64,000 nucleotides of DNA. Source: Naegleria gruberi (lineage: Eukaryota). Position numbers and translations under genes: made by a program. Of the stretch, positions 44,228-55,127 are shown in pieces; within the stretch, counting starts at the first letter, position 1; every line of letters begins with the position of its first letter. Under the pieces are notes generated by a model. It was not told the DNA's origin, did no database searches, and saw only the letters and a program-made list of their open reading frames with translations. The stretch lies in the NCBI GenBank assembly GCA_000004985.1, contig GG738857.1. One strand, written 5' to 3'.

Positions 44228-46393
44228 ATGAATATAAATTCTGCAACCATTCCGATCGAAGAATTATTCTCCCAATTCAAACAATATTTACTAAATTACC
44301 TGATCATGGATGAAACTGATGAGAATGATCGTGTATTAATTAATTTAACTTGTAGTAACTCTTCTCCGGGTGCTAATGATGATTGGCATACTATTTCGGG
44401 AGAATTGCAATCGATTTATTTGATCATGATGAATAAGAATCAAAGCACGAGTAATTTTGAAGATAAGAAATTAATAATAATACCACCATGGTTAGACTCT
44501 TTAAATTCCATTGCCAATGTTGAATTTGTTAAACAATTTACAATTGAAGAGAATGATGATGAAATGATTAGAAATTTCAAATTGTTGAGATTGGCTATTG
44601 ATGTCTTTAGAACAGGGATGGCTCAGAGTAGTTTGATAACTGGATTTTTCAAGCATTTCTTTTATTGTCTTGATGAATCTGTTGGAGAGTGTTTGGATTT
44701 GAAAAGACAAGTTAATACTCAACAACTTGTCAGAGTTGTGTTTAATCAATCGACCAAGATACCTGACTGGAAAGTTGGTATTCTTGTCGTATTGGCACAA
44801 ATGATACACCGTTATTTCTTGAATGAGTGGATTGGATTCTATTTGTTTCTTATTCAATATTATAATATAAGAGCTTGGGAGGAAAGATTTATTGAGATGA
44901 CTGATATGGATTACAAACTATTGAATGAATTATTCACTATTCCAATTGACAAGTTTTCGAATCTGTTTAAAGCTAATTTGGCTAAAGTGGTTTACCAACA
45001 TTTCCAATGTTATAATACTAAATTGAAAATTCTTCCAAAATTATTGCAAGAACTTGGTATGCCTGAGCATAATACGCTTATGGAGACATTTAAACACGAG
45101 CTGAACTATGATATGCAAATGATTGTAAATGAGAGCTCCAGAAATCTCAGCTCTGAATCTATCAGAAAGGAGAGAATACTAAAAATATTTTACCTTTGCA
45201 AGGTTTTTTATGGATTCAAACAATTTGGTTCAGAAATAACTGAGCAATTCAAATATTTACATTTGAGTCTTTTACAAAGCAGAGACGAAGAGATTGTACA
45301 AGAGAGTTTGGAAATGCTTCATGTAGCACCTAATATCTCGTCAGCAACAGTCGCATCAAACTCAATAGAATTGATAGTAGTATTGACAGAATTGTTTGAA
45401 CACAGGAAAGAATCTATCAGAGAGGAAGCATACAAATGGTGTTCCAAACTATTAGTTCGAACAACTTGTATGATTGATGCTCCCCTTTGTTCAAAGCAAA
45501 TTCTAAATGCTTTAATGAATGCTCCTGTCCTTACTAATAATCTTATTGAACTAGCCACATCTGCATTCAATTGCTTTAAATATTTGCATGATTACAATGA
45601 ACAATATCTAAATTTTTTCCACAAGATTGTTGAAATATTGCGTATTTCAATCAATAATGACAAAGAGAGAGTGGAAATAACACTACGAGCAATACCCCAA
45701 ATTGTTGATTTAGACACTGAAATTCGTACTGTAATTTTAAATCTTCCTCTAAATGATTTGGTCAACTTTTGCCTCACCAATGAAATTTCAATTCCAACAG
45801 AAATTATCACAATAATCATGGGAATAACTGGTTCTGGTACTGAATTGGTAAAACTTCTTTTATGCACTTCTGATACCAGTCTACACTGTGTTCTAGCTGA
45901 TTTACTGAATAAGAATTTTGTTGAGACAGGTTCTTTATTGATATCACAAGAAGAAATAGACCGTTTGATTAATCAGAAATTGTCTATTTCCCAATTCTTT
46001 AAGAATTATGAGATTAATTGTTTTATTTATAAGGTAGCTCACTTTTATTCTGATACTGTGGGGCTAGCAATACATTTGAATGCATGTCCTGCTTTCATGT
46101 TTGACCAAGTGGATGGGAAAGGAAAAGTTCCTGAAATTGTTGTTTTGAATTATTTAAACTTATTAGAAATTATTCTAGATAGAGAATTTGAAACAATATC
46201 AGACAATGTGGATATCATTATGGAAACACTTGAGGATATTTCAACTCTAGGTTATCCTTTGAAAATACGTGCAATGATTGAACGTATTCTAAAGTTGCTG
46301 CGTTTGCATGACATTGATGATTGGCGTAAAGGTTTTGACCATAATAGCATCCCTGTTTATGAAGGCAATGATGATGATTTAACGTATTGGTAA
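44228..46393 (+). CDS. Hypothetical helical protein, 721 aa, no recognised domain.
   Basis: ATG at 44228 with an in-frame TGA 18 nt upstream. A long clean ORF. The stop at 46391-46393 lies ~6 bp from the stop of the convergent P450 3' exon. Confidence 0.5.
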   Translation: MNINSATIPIEELFSQFKQYLLNYLIMDETDENDRVLINLTCSNSSPGANDDWHTISGELQSIYLIMMNKNQSTSNFEDKKLIIIPPWLDSLNSIANVEFVKQFTIEENDDEMIRNFKLLRLAIDVFRTGMAQSSLITGFFKHFFYCLDESVGECLDLKRQVNTQQLVRVVFNQSTKIPDWKVGILVVLAQMIHRYFLNEWIGFYLFLIQYYNIRAWEERFIEMTDMDYKLLNELFTIPIDKFSNLFKANLAKVVYQHFQCYNTKLKILPKLLQELGMPEHNTLMETFKHELNYDMQMIVNESSRNLSSESIRKERILKIFYLCKVFYGFKQFGSEITEQFKYLHLSLLQSRDEEIVQESLEMLHVAPNISSATVASNSIELIVVLTELFEHRKESIREEAYKWCSKLLVRTTCMIDAPLCSKQILNALMNAPVLTNNLIELATSAFNCFKYLHDYNEQYLNFFHKIVEILRISINNDKERVEITLRAIPQIVDLDTEIRTVILNLPLNDLVNFCLTNEISIPTEIITIIMGITGSGTELVKLLLCTSDTSLHCVLADLLNKNFVETGSLLISQEEIDRLINQKLSISQFFKNYEINCFIYKVAHFYSDTVGLAIHLNACPAFMFDQVDGKGKVPEIVVLNYLNLLEIILDREFETISDNVDIIMETLEDISTLGYPLKIRAMIERILKLLRLHDIDDWRKGFDHNSIPVYEGNDDDLTYW

Positions 46394-46399
46394 CGTGAT

Positions 46400-47039
46400 T
46401 TATTTTCTTGGAATGAAATCAATAAGAAGAGTTTCTTCAGGTCTGAGAGTGACTCTGATATCAACTTTCATCTTGTAATTTGGATTGGAGAGTTTGAATG
46501 AAAAGTGTTTAGCCAATCTTGCCAATGCCAAAACACCTTCAACTTCAGCAAAATGCTTTCCAACTATTTAATCCACATTAATTTGTGTTGAAATAATGCT
46601 AAAACTTACTGCAAATACGTCCTCCAATTCCAAATGGTGTATAAACGAAAGGATTAGTTTGTGGATTGATAAGCTCCTTTTCCTCATTTAAAAATCTTGA
46701 AGGACGGAATTCATCAGGGTTATCCCAATACTTTTCACTTCTCATTGCAGTAACCCAACTGTATAAACAAAGAGTTCCCTTTGGAATATTCAACCCCTTA
46801 AAGTCAACACTCTTTGTCAATTGTCTAATAATTCCAATCGCAACAGGATACAATCTCAAAGTTTCCTTAAAAAGTGCCTTGATGTAATCCAATTTTCCAC
46901 TTTGGAAATCTTCATAATCAAATGTTTCCTTTCCATTCACTTTCTCAAAGTTATCCAAAAAATCGTGGAGTTCTTGTTGAACTTTTGGATTCACACAGAG
47001 ACTATAAATGGCAAATCCAAGAGTTCTTGCAGTCGTCTC
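46400..47039 (-). CDS. Cytochrome P450 3' half (I-helix Thr-Thr through heme-binding loop to C-terminus). Two exons: ~47039..46610 and 46563..46400. The 5' half lies 10 kb away at 57033..58070.
   Basis: The protein starts ETTARTLGFAIYSLCVNPKVQQELHDF, the second half of the I-helix (AGxETT). It continues to KETLRLYP (ExxR), PDEFRPSRF (PERF) and FGIGGRIC (heme Cys). The last codons run into a GTAAGT donor at 46609-46604. A 46-nt intron ends at aaatag (46564), and the final exon encodes IGKHFAEVEGVLALARLAKHFSFKLSNPNYKMKVDIRVTLRPEETLLIDFIPRK, then stops. Confidence 0.65.
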
Positions 47040-47130
47040 AAATATTTTGTTAAACACTTGTAAAATCAATTATAAACCCACCTCATAAAGTCATTTAATA
47101 AAATCCAGTAAATATGTCTTTAAATAAAGG

Positions 47131-49425
47131 TTATTGTGTTTTAACTTTCTTATTTGATTCCTTGTTTGACTTTTGCTTTCTTTTAACAGATACTATTCCT
47201 TCAATTTTTAGAAGTAGTGTCTTAACAGCATTTCTTATTGTCATACGGTCACTTGGAAACCCTAAAGAAGCAATGTATTTCTTCAAGCAGAAAGTGGCAG
47301 CGGATTGATGGTTGTCCATTTCACGAATTTCCCATCTATTCCCATAACCTATTTTAGCAGAAACTAGATCAGTATCAACATTTTGCACTATCATTCCGTT
47401 AAACATTGGGAAGGAGTGATTACTCTTCTTGAAACAGTACATCTTCTTCATTGATTCACCTGTTAATCTTTGAACTGTAAGGTTAAATGCTTTAAACACA
47501 ACATCTGCATTTACTTTCTTTTTCTCAAGTCCTTCACTTTCAAAAATGGTCATGTTCTTACCAGTCATTTTCAAACCTGTAGTTTCTTCACACACTTTAC
47601 CCACGCCAGTCTTTAACCCAAGCATGGTTGCACAATGGTGGACCTGATTAAAGTACTGTTGGTGAGTATCTGAAATTGAACAATTCTGACCAAACGTAAT
47701 ACGATTACTCTCTAATGTGCCATCTCCTTGTACAGAACCTTCAAAAAATTTGTACAAGCTAAACATACCGAAATTGGTAATGTTGAAGATGGAGGAGAAA
47801 TTCTTTCTAGTTTTGTAACTGCCATTATACTTATTACATAACAATTCTATTGCTTTTAAAAATCTGTGTAAGCCAGTACTATTTGTTACTAGTAAAAATG
47901 TATTGAAAGTGAAAAACATACCATGCAGGTGCAACAAGTATGGACCCGGATATTTGATAACCATTTTGTAAGACTCGTTCAATATCCTTGTCAGCATTCT
48001 TATCATTGAGCTTAATGGTGACATACTCTTCCTCTTTCTTGAATTTAAGATCCTCTCTTATTGTCTCTGAATTCAATTCACAAATTTCTTTTAAGAAATC
48101 TGTAAAATAATAGGTTAGTTCTTGCTCATTTTTGGCATTAAAATACAATTTAAAGTATCCTCCATCACCATCTGCTAAATAGGCTCCCAATAATTGAACC
48201 ATTACTCCCTGTTTGTCTTTGGAGTCAACCAGAGTTGGGAAAGTTCTGAACAAAATGTCAAAATCTTTAAAATATTATGAGAATAATTCATAAAATACTT
48301 ACATTCTTTTGTTTGGGTGGTGTCAGTAAGTTGACCACATGGTAATGATGTTCTTACTAGCTTTTCCTTAGATTTCAATTGATAGTTATTAATAATGAAC
48401 ATATTGTCTTGAATATCTGATACAGGTAATCTCACACTACAGTACTCATCTGGACGGACTTGAACTTCATTGGCATAGACGAAACGTTTCTCTTCAACAA
48501 TTCGAGCACATTCATTGAAATGTAATTTTGCTTTGAAACAAGTAGCACTCAACTCTAATACTTCATTTGCTGGAAACAATTTACATTCTGTCATTATTAT
48601 TATTCTTTGAAAATTGTAATTGAAATGAAACTTACCAATTTCTTCCACATTAAATCCAGATTCAATACTATATGTTTCATATGTTCCACTGGAAAGATAA
48701 ATCTCCTCAATGGTTTTTTTGACCAATCTACCAGTTGCAACCTCACGTACACTAAATTCAGTATCTCCAGCCATGTAAGAACGATGAAATGTTTCTTCAT
48801 CAACTTCATCTGCTTGATCCACCAACAAAGTTGATGCTGGAACCCCATTGTATCTACTTGTTGGGATATTGAAGAATTCGTAAAGAGAGATATCATTCAA
48901 ATCTGTCTCTGAAATCGTTGCTTGAAAGATATCGTTCACCTTCTTTTCAATTGGATCATTCTGTCTACTTTCTAATAGCATAAACTGGCGTTGACAAGAA
49001 TGAGCATCTCTGTTGCTGCTAATTAGTTTCTCAATCTCCTTCCACTTCCTTCCATGCAAATTGACTAACTCAGTCAATTCGCGCTTCTCTTCCAAGGTCC
49101 AAAATGGCCTGACGCTGTTGAAATCATTAGAATCCAACCCTTGCTTTCTGACTAAAACATTAAATTGCTGTTGGCAAGCTCTAGCTCCTTTTCCTAATNN
49201 NNNNNNNNNNNNNNNNNNNNNNNNNNNNNNNNNNNNNNNNNNNNNNNNGTCAGTCCAGAACGATCTTTTCCTGCCAAGATTCTTTAACAAATCCTTATAC
49301 TTTTTGTGGCAGGCATTTGGAGTAACATCGAAGTTGGGAGCAATTTCAGTCCAATTGTGGCCTTTTTCCTTTACCAATTTGACCAAAAGATCTTCTTCTT
49401 CTTTTAACCAGTTTTTTCTTATCAT
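47131..49425 (-). CDS. Myb/SANT DNA-binding-domain protein (2 Myb repeats at the N-terminus), ~730 aa, with 1-2 very short introns and one 50-N gap at 49199..49248.
   Basis: N-terminal WLKEEEDLLVKLVKEKGHNWTEIAPNF...CHKKYKDLL and WTLEEKRELTELVNLHGRKWKEIEKLISSNRDAHSCQRQFMLL are Myb-like HTH repeats. The three collinear ORFs 48202..49425, 47879..48253 and 47131..48024 join through a GTAAGT donor at ~48302 and a ttttaaag acceptor (38-nt intron). A possible 33-nt GTATGT...ctag intron near 47930 is otherwise read through in frame. Confidence 0.5.
49199..49248. other. Assembly gap (50 N) inside the Myb-domain gene.
   Basis: A run of exactly 50 n. Confidence 0.95.
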
Positions 49426-49765
49426 TCTGCTATATTGAGTTCTGTGTTGGAATTTGATGTGTTGTTACTTGTAACAAAGTTGAGTCGAAAATAAAAGTAG
49501 TTTTTTTTTTCTCAATTGTATTAATTTGCAAAGTTGTGTGGATGTCTTGAGGGACGTTGCGATATGACTCTTCAATTCTGAGGAAAATTTGTTTGGTCTC
49601 TTTAGATATCCAATTAATGTGTCTTCCAGTTTCGGTCAATCCCTTTTCAATATATATATTTATTCAAGCCTTATAAAAATATTAAAATATTAGAGTGTGA
49701 GACATTTCACACGACTTGAGGTTGTGTGAAAGCTTTTGTTTTTGAAAAAAAAGGAATAATCCATC

Positions 49766-50965
49766 ATGTTGTACAATACATATTTCAACAAGTGGTGTTT
49801 AGTAGAAGAATTAGTAAAGAAGAAATTTTATAGTGAAGTTGTCAGTGATTTCTGTTATTTGGATATCAAGCTAAGGAAGGAATTGACATCTTTTTGGCTT
49901 GGTAACGATCCTATCAATCAAGATGATATTAATGGATTATCAGCAGATTACTCTTGTGATTATTTTGCACTTTGTCTCTTACTTTTGATTTTTAAGGAGA
50001 AGAAGCATGATGACTTTTTATCCATGGATAGTAAATTAGAAGATTTGGCAGATTTACTTGAAATGAACCCTTCTTTGATTTATTTCAAAGAGTTGGAACA
50101 ATGTAATAGTGAATTCAATTTCCAAGCATTTGTTGGAGAGTTTAGTAAGAAGGGAAAAGTGCTTTCACAGACTAGTAATTCAACATTGTTAAACTTGTTA
50201 TTAAACAATGATGACATTGACCTTTACTCTTACACCAATGAGAGATATGAATTGGTTCAACCTTTATTGATTATATCAAGTGCAGAAACTCAGATGGAAG
50301 AACAAGTTGATGTATTTAATGAACCATTGATTCTAACAGAAGATGATGCACTCACTGATGATGATTCTATCGAAATGGCTAGAGCAGATCAAGATGGATA
50401 CTCATCCGTTAGTGAAACTCAAAGTATTGTTTTCCCATATGATGATTTGCCATCTCTAAATGAAGACACGCTTTCCAGTCTTGTAATCAAACCAGATGTT
50501 AGTGGTTTGAATTTAATTGTGGAGTATGAAAAGAAGGAATCTGCAATTATAGCAGATGATGAAAGTATTGACTTTAATGAGAAGGAGGAAGAAGAGATAT
50601 TTGACACTTCAAAGGAAACAGTTCTTCTCATCAATCGTTACAATGAGAATGGTTATATTGAAGAGGAAGCTATCATAGAACCACCTGTTAAGGATGTTAT
50701 TCAATTGAATGAAGAACTTGAAGCCTTTGAAATGGAGTTATTCTTTGAAAAGCAAATGGATAAAGATGATTGTAACAAGTCTGATGAAGGTCCTCCAATT
50801 TGGTACAATATTTGCTTTGGAAATGCTGATCATTGTGAGGATGAAGAAGATGATGAAGAAGAAGATGTTGAAGAAGATTCTTCAGATAGAGGTGGTATTA
50901 GTTCTGATTCAGATAATGATCATAATGTCCATAGACCTATTAAGAAATCCAAATATTTCAAATAA
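49766..50965 (+). CDS. Acidic (D/E-rich) hypothetical protein, 399 aa.
   Basis: ATG at 49766 and a clean ORF. The C-terminus is CEDEEDDEEEDVEEDSSDRGGISSDSDNDH. No domain recognised. Confidence 0.45.
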   Translation: MLYNTYFNKWCLVEELVKKKFYSEVVSDFCYLDIKLRKELTSFWLGNDPINQDDINGLSADYSCDYFALCLLLLIFKEKKHDDFLSMDSKLEDLADLLEMNPSLIYFKELEQCNSEFNFQAFVGEFSKKGKVLSQTSNSTLLNLLLNNDDIDLYSYTNERYELVQPLLIISSAETQMEEQVDVFNEPLILTEDDALTDDDSIEMARADQDGYSSVSETQSIVFPYDDLPSLNEDTLSSLVIKPDVSGLNLIVEYEKKESAIIADDESIDFNEKEEEEIFDTSKETVLLINRYNENGYIEEEAIIEPPVKDVIQLNEELEAFEMELFFEKQMDKDDCNKSDEGPPIWYNICFGNADHCEDEEDDEEEDVEEDSSDRGGISSDSDNDHNVHRPIKKSKYFK

Positions 50966-51039
50966 ATATAGTTGATTGGAGGAGATATAAAAAGTATTTG
51001 TTATAGTGTTTGTTGTAGCTGTGTGGTTATTGTGAGGTA

Positions 51040-51420
51040 CCATACTTGTCAGACACTGTAGGTACTTGTTGAGCACCTTACAAGTCCTTGTAAGGGTACT
51101 TGTGATGGTCCAAGTACTTGTGACGGTACCTGTGATGTTCCTTGTCAGGTACCATTCGTACCTGTGACGGTACCTGTGATGGTACCTAATGGTACCTGTG
51201 ATACCTGCCAAGTACCTGTGACGGTACCTGTGAGGAAATTCAGATACCTGTGACGGTACCTGTGATTGTACTTGTCAGGTACCATTTGCACCTGTGATGG
51301 TACCTGTGGTGGTACCTGATGGTACCTGTGATACCTGCCAAGTACCTGTGATGGTACCTGTGATGGTAAAAATCGTACCTGTGAAGTACCTGTGACGGTA
51401 CCTGACAGGTACCATCACGA
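51040..51420. repeat. Minisatellite of a 12-bp unit GGTACCTGTGAY (contains the palindromic GGTACC KpnI site), ~25 degenerate units organised as two ~125-bp higher-order repeats.
   Basis: The sequence gtacctgtgacggtacctgtgatggtacctaatggtacctgtgatacctgccaagtacctgtgacggtacctgtgagg... recurs from 51115 and again from 51245. It lies in the convergent intergenic spacer between 49766..50965(+) and 51478..53571(-). ORF 50909..51211(-) is a translation of this repeat. Confidence 0.85.
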
Positions 51421-51477
51421 CTTTACAAGAATACAATCAGAATTGCACAGACACAATTCAATTTACTCATTACCAAT

Positions 51478-53571
51478 CTACTTTTTTAACTCTTTGATCA
51501 ATTCTGTCAATCTTCTCTTCTTTTCAGTAATAAGATTATATTCCATTGTTCTCTTTTCAATAGTTTTATCAGCAATCATTGCATAATCATTCTTAACTTG
51601 ACCAAAAATTTCATCCACTAACTCTGTAAACTCTGCAAATCGATTACTTACAGCCTTACTTGACCAATCAATAAGATGTTTAGATACATTTTCATACCAT
51701 GAGTTAAAACACTCTGCATTCCTATCTACCAATCCATTGTTAACAATTTCAAAATCAATACATAAAAGATTTCTCTCCTCAATTCTTGAATTTAATCTTT
51801 CCAAAAATGATTCCTTCATTATGAAACTGTACATTTCCAAAATATCTTTGGAAATATTAACGGTACTTTCCACATAGCATGCTGTAACATCTCCTAATAA
51901 TTGAAGAATGTTCTTCAAGTGGAATAATATCTTTAACCAAAATCCACGAATCAAACCATTGATGGCACCAGTGACCATCTTTAAGAACACCTTCTGATTT
52001 TCAATACTATTAGAATTGTCCGTTCTTTCATCATTTCCAATCAAATCTAGAGCCTTACATAACTCGTCAACAGCTGACTTATTAGGCTTGGAATAGTTCT
52101 GAACATCTCCCTTAAAGGAATGAAATGGCATGTTCAAAATTAAATATTTCAGGTAAAATAGTTCCTGTTTCAATACAGATTTTAGATCATGTGCTTTGGT
52201 ATTCTTTGTTGTGAAATGCCTATTTTGAGTCTTGTTACTAGTTAACAAAACTTTCAAAGATTTCGAAAATATTTGAAAATAGTATTGATCATCTATATCA
52301 GATTCCTCATGTTCCTTAATTCTAACACTATAATTATTGGAATAGTTATGAATAATGGTATTAATGGATTCCACTGTTGAATCAGATATATGTAAAATAT
52401 TAATAAATACTATCAATGTTGATTCATTGATATTGTTAAAGAATATTCCCTTGAATAATGGCAATGCCGCAAGGAATGGAGTAATGTTAGCATTCTCATG
52501 CTTGGAGAGAGTTTGAAACTCATTCTCTTTGAATTCTATTGAATCAAGCATGTTAGAAAAGAGGAAAATAAGAAATTGTTTCCTCTTCTTGAAATCACTT
52601 TCAATAATATTATTAATAAAATTAATATTAAAAGAAAAAAATGATTGGTGAAGAGTATTTTCACTTTGACTAATAACATTTTGATAATCTAATAGAATAT
52701 CATTGATTTGTTCCTTTGAAGCACCCTTAGTAGGGTTTGTTTCAAAGGCAATACAATAAATGTTATTGACCTTTGAATGGTATTGTCTAAACAAACCATT
52801 GAATACTTCACTATTAATATCAGTGGATCTATCCACTTTTGTTTTCACTATTGAAAAATTCTTTAATCCTTTAGGAATTAAAAGCTTCTCAATTGTTCCA
52901 CTTATATTCGATGAACCCACAGTGGTGTCCATTAATTCGAATAGAAGAATGTGATCATTCATTGAGAGATTGTTTCCAATAATTGAGTTGGTAAACTCAC
53001 TACCAGAGTTCAATCTCATCCCTGGAAAATCCGTAATCCTGTAGGGAATTACAATGTTGTCTCCAAAAAGATGAAGATGGACACATTCACTTGTGAAAAC
53101 ATCAATGTCATAGGAAAATGATGTATACTTGCTGATTAATTCAGTTACCTTCATGTTGATAATATTTCTAATATTTTCAAAATTAGTTGAAGAAGATAAA
53201 TCAAACTCCATTGAACAATTCAATTTGGTGATTTTCACAATCAATTTTGTGAATCCACCACCACTGTTTGATGCACCAGTGGTATTATCGTCGGTAATAA
53301 TAGTATTTGAATGATAAATATTACCACCAGAATGATTATCATATTCATGAATTGGATGAACATGATAAACGAAAGGACATTTAGTACCAACATTCAATTG
53401 AATAACACCTAAGGGAACCTGTAAATACTCCCTCAAGAATGTACTCTTTCCACATGATTCCAATCCAAGAAGAGCAAAAGAAATTGGTTCGATAAGATGA
53501 AGAAACTCTTCTTTATCACCCTGGTTGACAAAGTAATTGCTTACTAATTTAATATCTTGTTGATTAATCAT
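51478..53571 (-). CDS. Dynamin-family large GTPase-domain protein, 697 aa.
   Basis: ATG at 53571. P-loop ISFALLGLESCGKSTFLREYLQVPLGVIQLNVGTKCPF, compared with dynamin LPxIVVVGxQSxGKSSVLEx.VG.dfLPRG.GivTR.P. DLPG-like ITDFPGMRLNSG. TKxD-like FSIVKTKVD. The long helical C-terminal region is consistent with a dynamin/Mx-type stalk. Confidence 0.5.
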   Translation of the reverse strand: MINQQDIKLVSNYFVNQGDKEEFLHLIEPISFALLGLESCGKSTFLREYLQVPLGVIQLNVGTKCPFVYHVHPIHEYDNHSGGNIYHSNTIITDDNTTGASNSGGGFTKLIVKITKLNCSMEFDLSSSTNFENIRNIINMKVTELISKYTSFSYDIDVFTSECVHLHLFGDNIVIPYRITDFPGMRLNSGSEFTNSIIGNNLSMNDHILLFELMDTTVGSSNISGTIEKLLIPKGLKNFSIVKTKVDRSTDINSEVFNGLFRQYHSKVNNIYCIAFETNPTKGASKEQINDILLDYQNVISQSENTLHQSFFSFNINFINNIIESDFKKRKQFLIFLFSNMLDSIEFKENEFQTLSKHENANITPFLAALPLFKGIFFNNINESTLIVFINILHISDSTVESINTIIHNYSNNYSVRIKEHEESDIDDQYYFQIFSKSLKVLLTSNKTQNRHFTTKNTKAHDLKSVLKQELFYLKYLILNMPFHSFKGDVQNYSKPNKSAVDELCKALDLIGNDERTDNSNSIENQKVFLKMVTGAINGLIRGFWLKILFHLKNILQLLGDVTACYVESTVNISKDILEMYSFIMKESFLERLNSRIEERNLLCIDFEIVNNGLVDRNAECFNSWYENVSKHLIDWSSKAVSNRFAEFTELVDEIFGQVKNDYAMIADKTIEKRTMEYNLITEKKRRLTELIKELKK

Positions 53572-53673
53572 AATGAAGATGATGATGATGATGAAGAGTA
53601 TATAACGTCTTTGAACAATTGAATGATGATGTTTTTAGAAAACCAAAGATATTGAATAAGTGCAAACAATAAA

Positions 53674-53822
53674 TACAATTCACATTGTGTGAAATGAACC
53701 AATTCACAACGTGTGTGAAATGAACCAATTCACATTGGGGTGAAAGAACCAATTCACAACGAAGGAACCAATTCACAACGTGTGTGAAAGATCCAATTCA
53801 CAACGAAAGAACCAATTCCATG
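53674..53822. repeat. Promoter-proximal tandem array (~7 copies) of a ~16-26-bp unit GAACCAATTCACAACG(TGTGTGAAAT), 100-250 bp upstream of the dynamin-like gene's ATG.
   Basis: caattcacattgtgtgaaatgaaccaattcacaacgtgtgtgaaatgaaccaattcacattggggtgaaagaaccaattcacaacgaaggaaccaattcacaacgtgtgtgaaagatccaattcacaacgaaagaaccaattcc. Each unit carries CCAAT. Confidence 0.6.
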
Positions 53823-54245
53823 AATTAACAATAAGAAATATACAATCCCAATAGTAACACTGCAAGATTAATCAAAAACTCTAAAACAGACCAGTATTAT
53901 TTATCGAATAAATATTTTACACTTTAAGAAACAGCACTCCACATTCATTAACTTATAAACCCGTTCAGAATATTCTGAATGACAAGAGTATCTTCTTGAA
54001 ATATCTTTAGGCTTTATAAAATGGAAGATGTCATGATATTACAATCTTTACAATAGATACAAGTCAAGTATCCAATCAGAAAGTCACTCAATCATGTACT
54101 CACCTATTTCCAACCAATGAATTTAATATGAAAGGAATGACCTTGTCTCGGAAAATAAGCATGTTTCATGAATTGATACACCTATCACTGTCATTTATAC
54201 AAGAAGGATTAAAAGCTCAATATCTAAGAATATTGTTACATTTGA

Positions 54246-54456
54246 ATGAGATTAAAAATGATAAACGTAGAGGACCAATTAGAAATACTTAAGAGTGGAG
54301 ATTTGCTTTCTAAATTGAAAATTTCTTCAAAACCCACAAGAATGGTCATTCTCGTAGAGAATATTAATAGTATTTTCCAAAATGTCTTGATTAATGAGGC
54401 TAAGAAATACTGTGGTGGTAAGACAAGCAAGATAATTCATGAACAAGCCAACCCTG
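54246..54456 (+). CDS. Short ORF (70 aa) ending at a GTATGT donor, possibly the first exon of a small gene whose second exon I could not phase. The K/E-rich ORF 54526..54894 lies downstream. Uncertain.
   Basis: ATG at 54246 (MRLKMINVEDQLEILKSGDLLSKLKISSKPTRMVILVENINSIFQNVLINEAKKYCGGKTSKIIHEQANPG), then GTATGT at 54457. Neither downstream AG (54497-98, 54536-37) restores the frame of 54526..54894. Confidence 0.25.
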
Positions 54457-55127
54457 GTATGTATATTCTAATATTATTATTTTATTTAATACAATTAAGT
54501 AAACAATCCAATTAATGTTTCATTTGTGTACAATGAGAAAGCAATGATCATGTACATAAATGTCTCAAAGGAAAAGAACAAGTTGAAAAAACTTGTTACT
54601 GAAGAAGAGCACGTCACTTTCTTCAAGATTTCCAAATCTCAGACACAAATCAACGAAGCTGATATATTTGGAAATTTGGAAAATCAAATTTCCAAATTTG
54701 TGTTCAATGAAGAGCAAGAGAAAAGAAAGCGAACAGTTGAAGATGAAGACAAAGAAAAGAAGAAGAGACGTGATGATTGTGAAGAAGAATTAGAGCAAGA
54801 GGAAATTGTTAATGGAAATCCACATTATATGGATTCATATGAAAAAGGAATTTACAATATCTTGAAATCTGTTTGGTTGAGAAACAATAAATAAAATATT
54901 ATTTTTATTAAATATTATTTTTTAAATATTAACCTCTGCAACACACCATCAAATCAGGAACAGATCTAACCATTTATTATTAACAATACAATAATTATTA
55001 TTTATAAACTAAAAGGAATGAAATCAAGATGGTACTAAGTGACAATGAAACTGGGGACGGATGAGACGGAGAACACTCAGTTTCTTACTACAGACCAAAC
55101 AAAGCCAATACTGTTAATGTGAAAACA

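Noticed and set aside
47131-48024. Initially read YKMVIKYPGPYLLHLHG in this ORF as a P450 N-terminal region (PGP hinge).
   Set aside because: It is collinear and splice-connected with the upstream Myb-domain ORFs (48202..49425). The true P450 N-terminus with anchor and hinge is at 57441..58070, and the resemblance is superficial.
50909-51211. Minus-strand ORF (TGTVTSTWTITSTLTRT...) of 100 aa.
   Set aside because: A translation of the GGTACCTGTGAY minisatellite.
54526-54894. Tried to join the K/E-rich ORF 54526..54894 to the upstream exon 54246..54456 through the GTATGT donor.
   Set aside because: Neither available AG acceptor (54497-98, 54536-37) restores the frame with either plausible donor. 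Left as two uncertain pieces.
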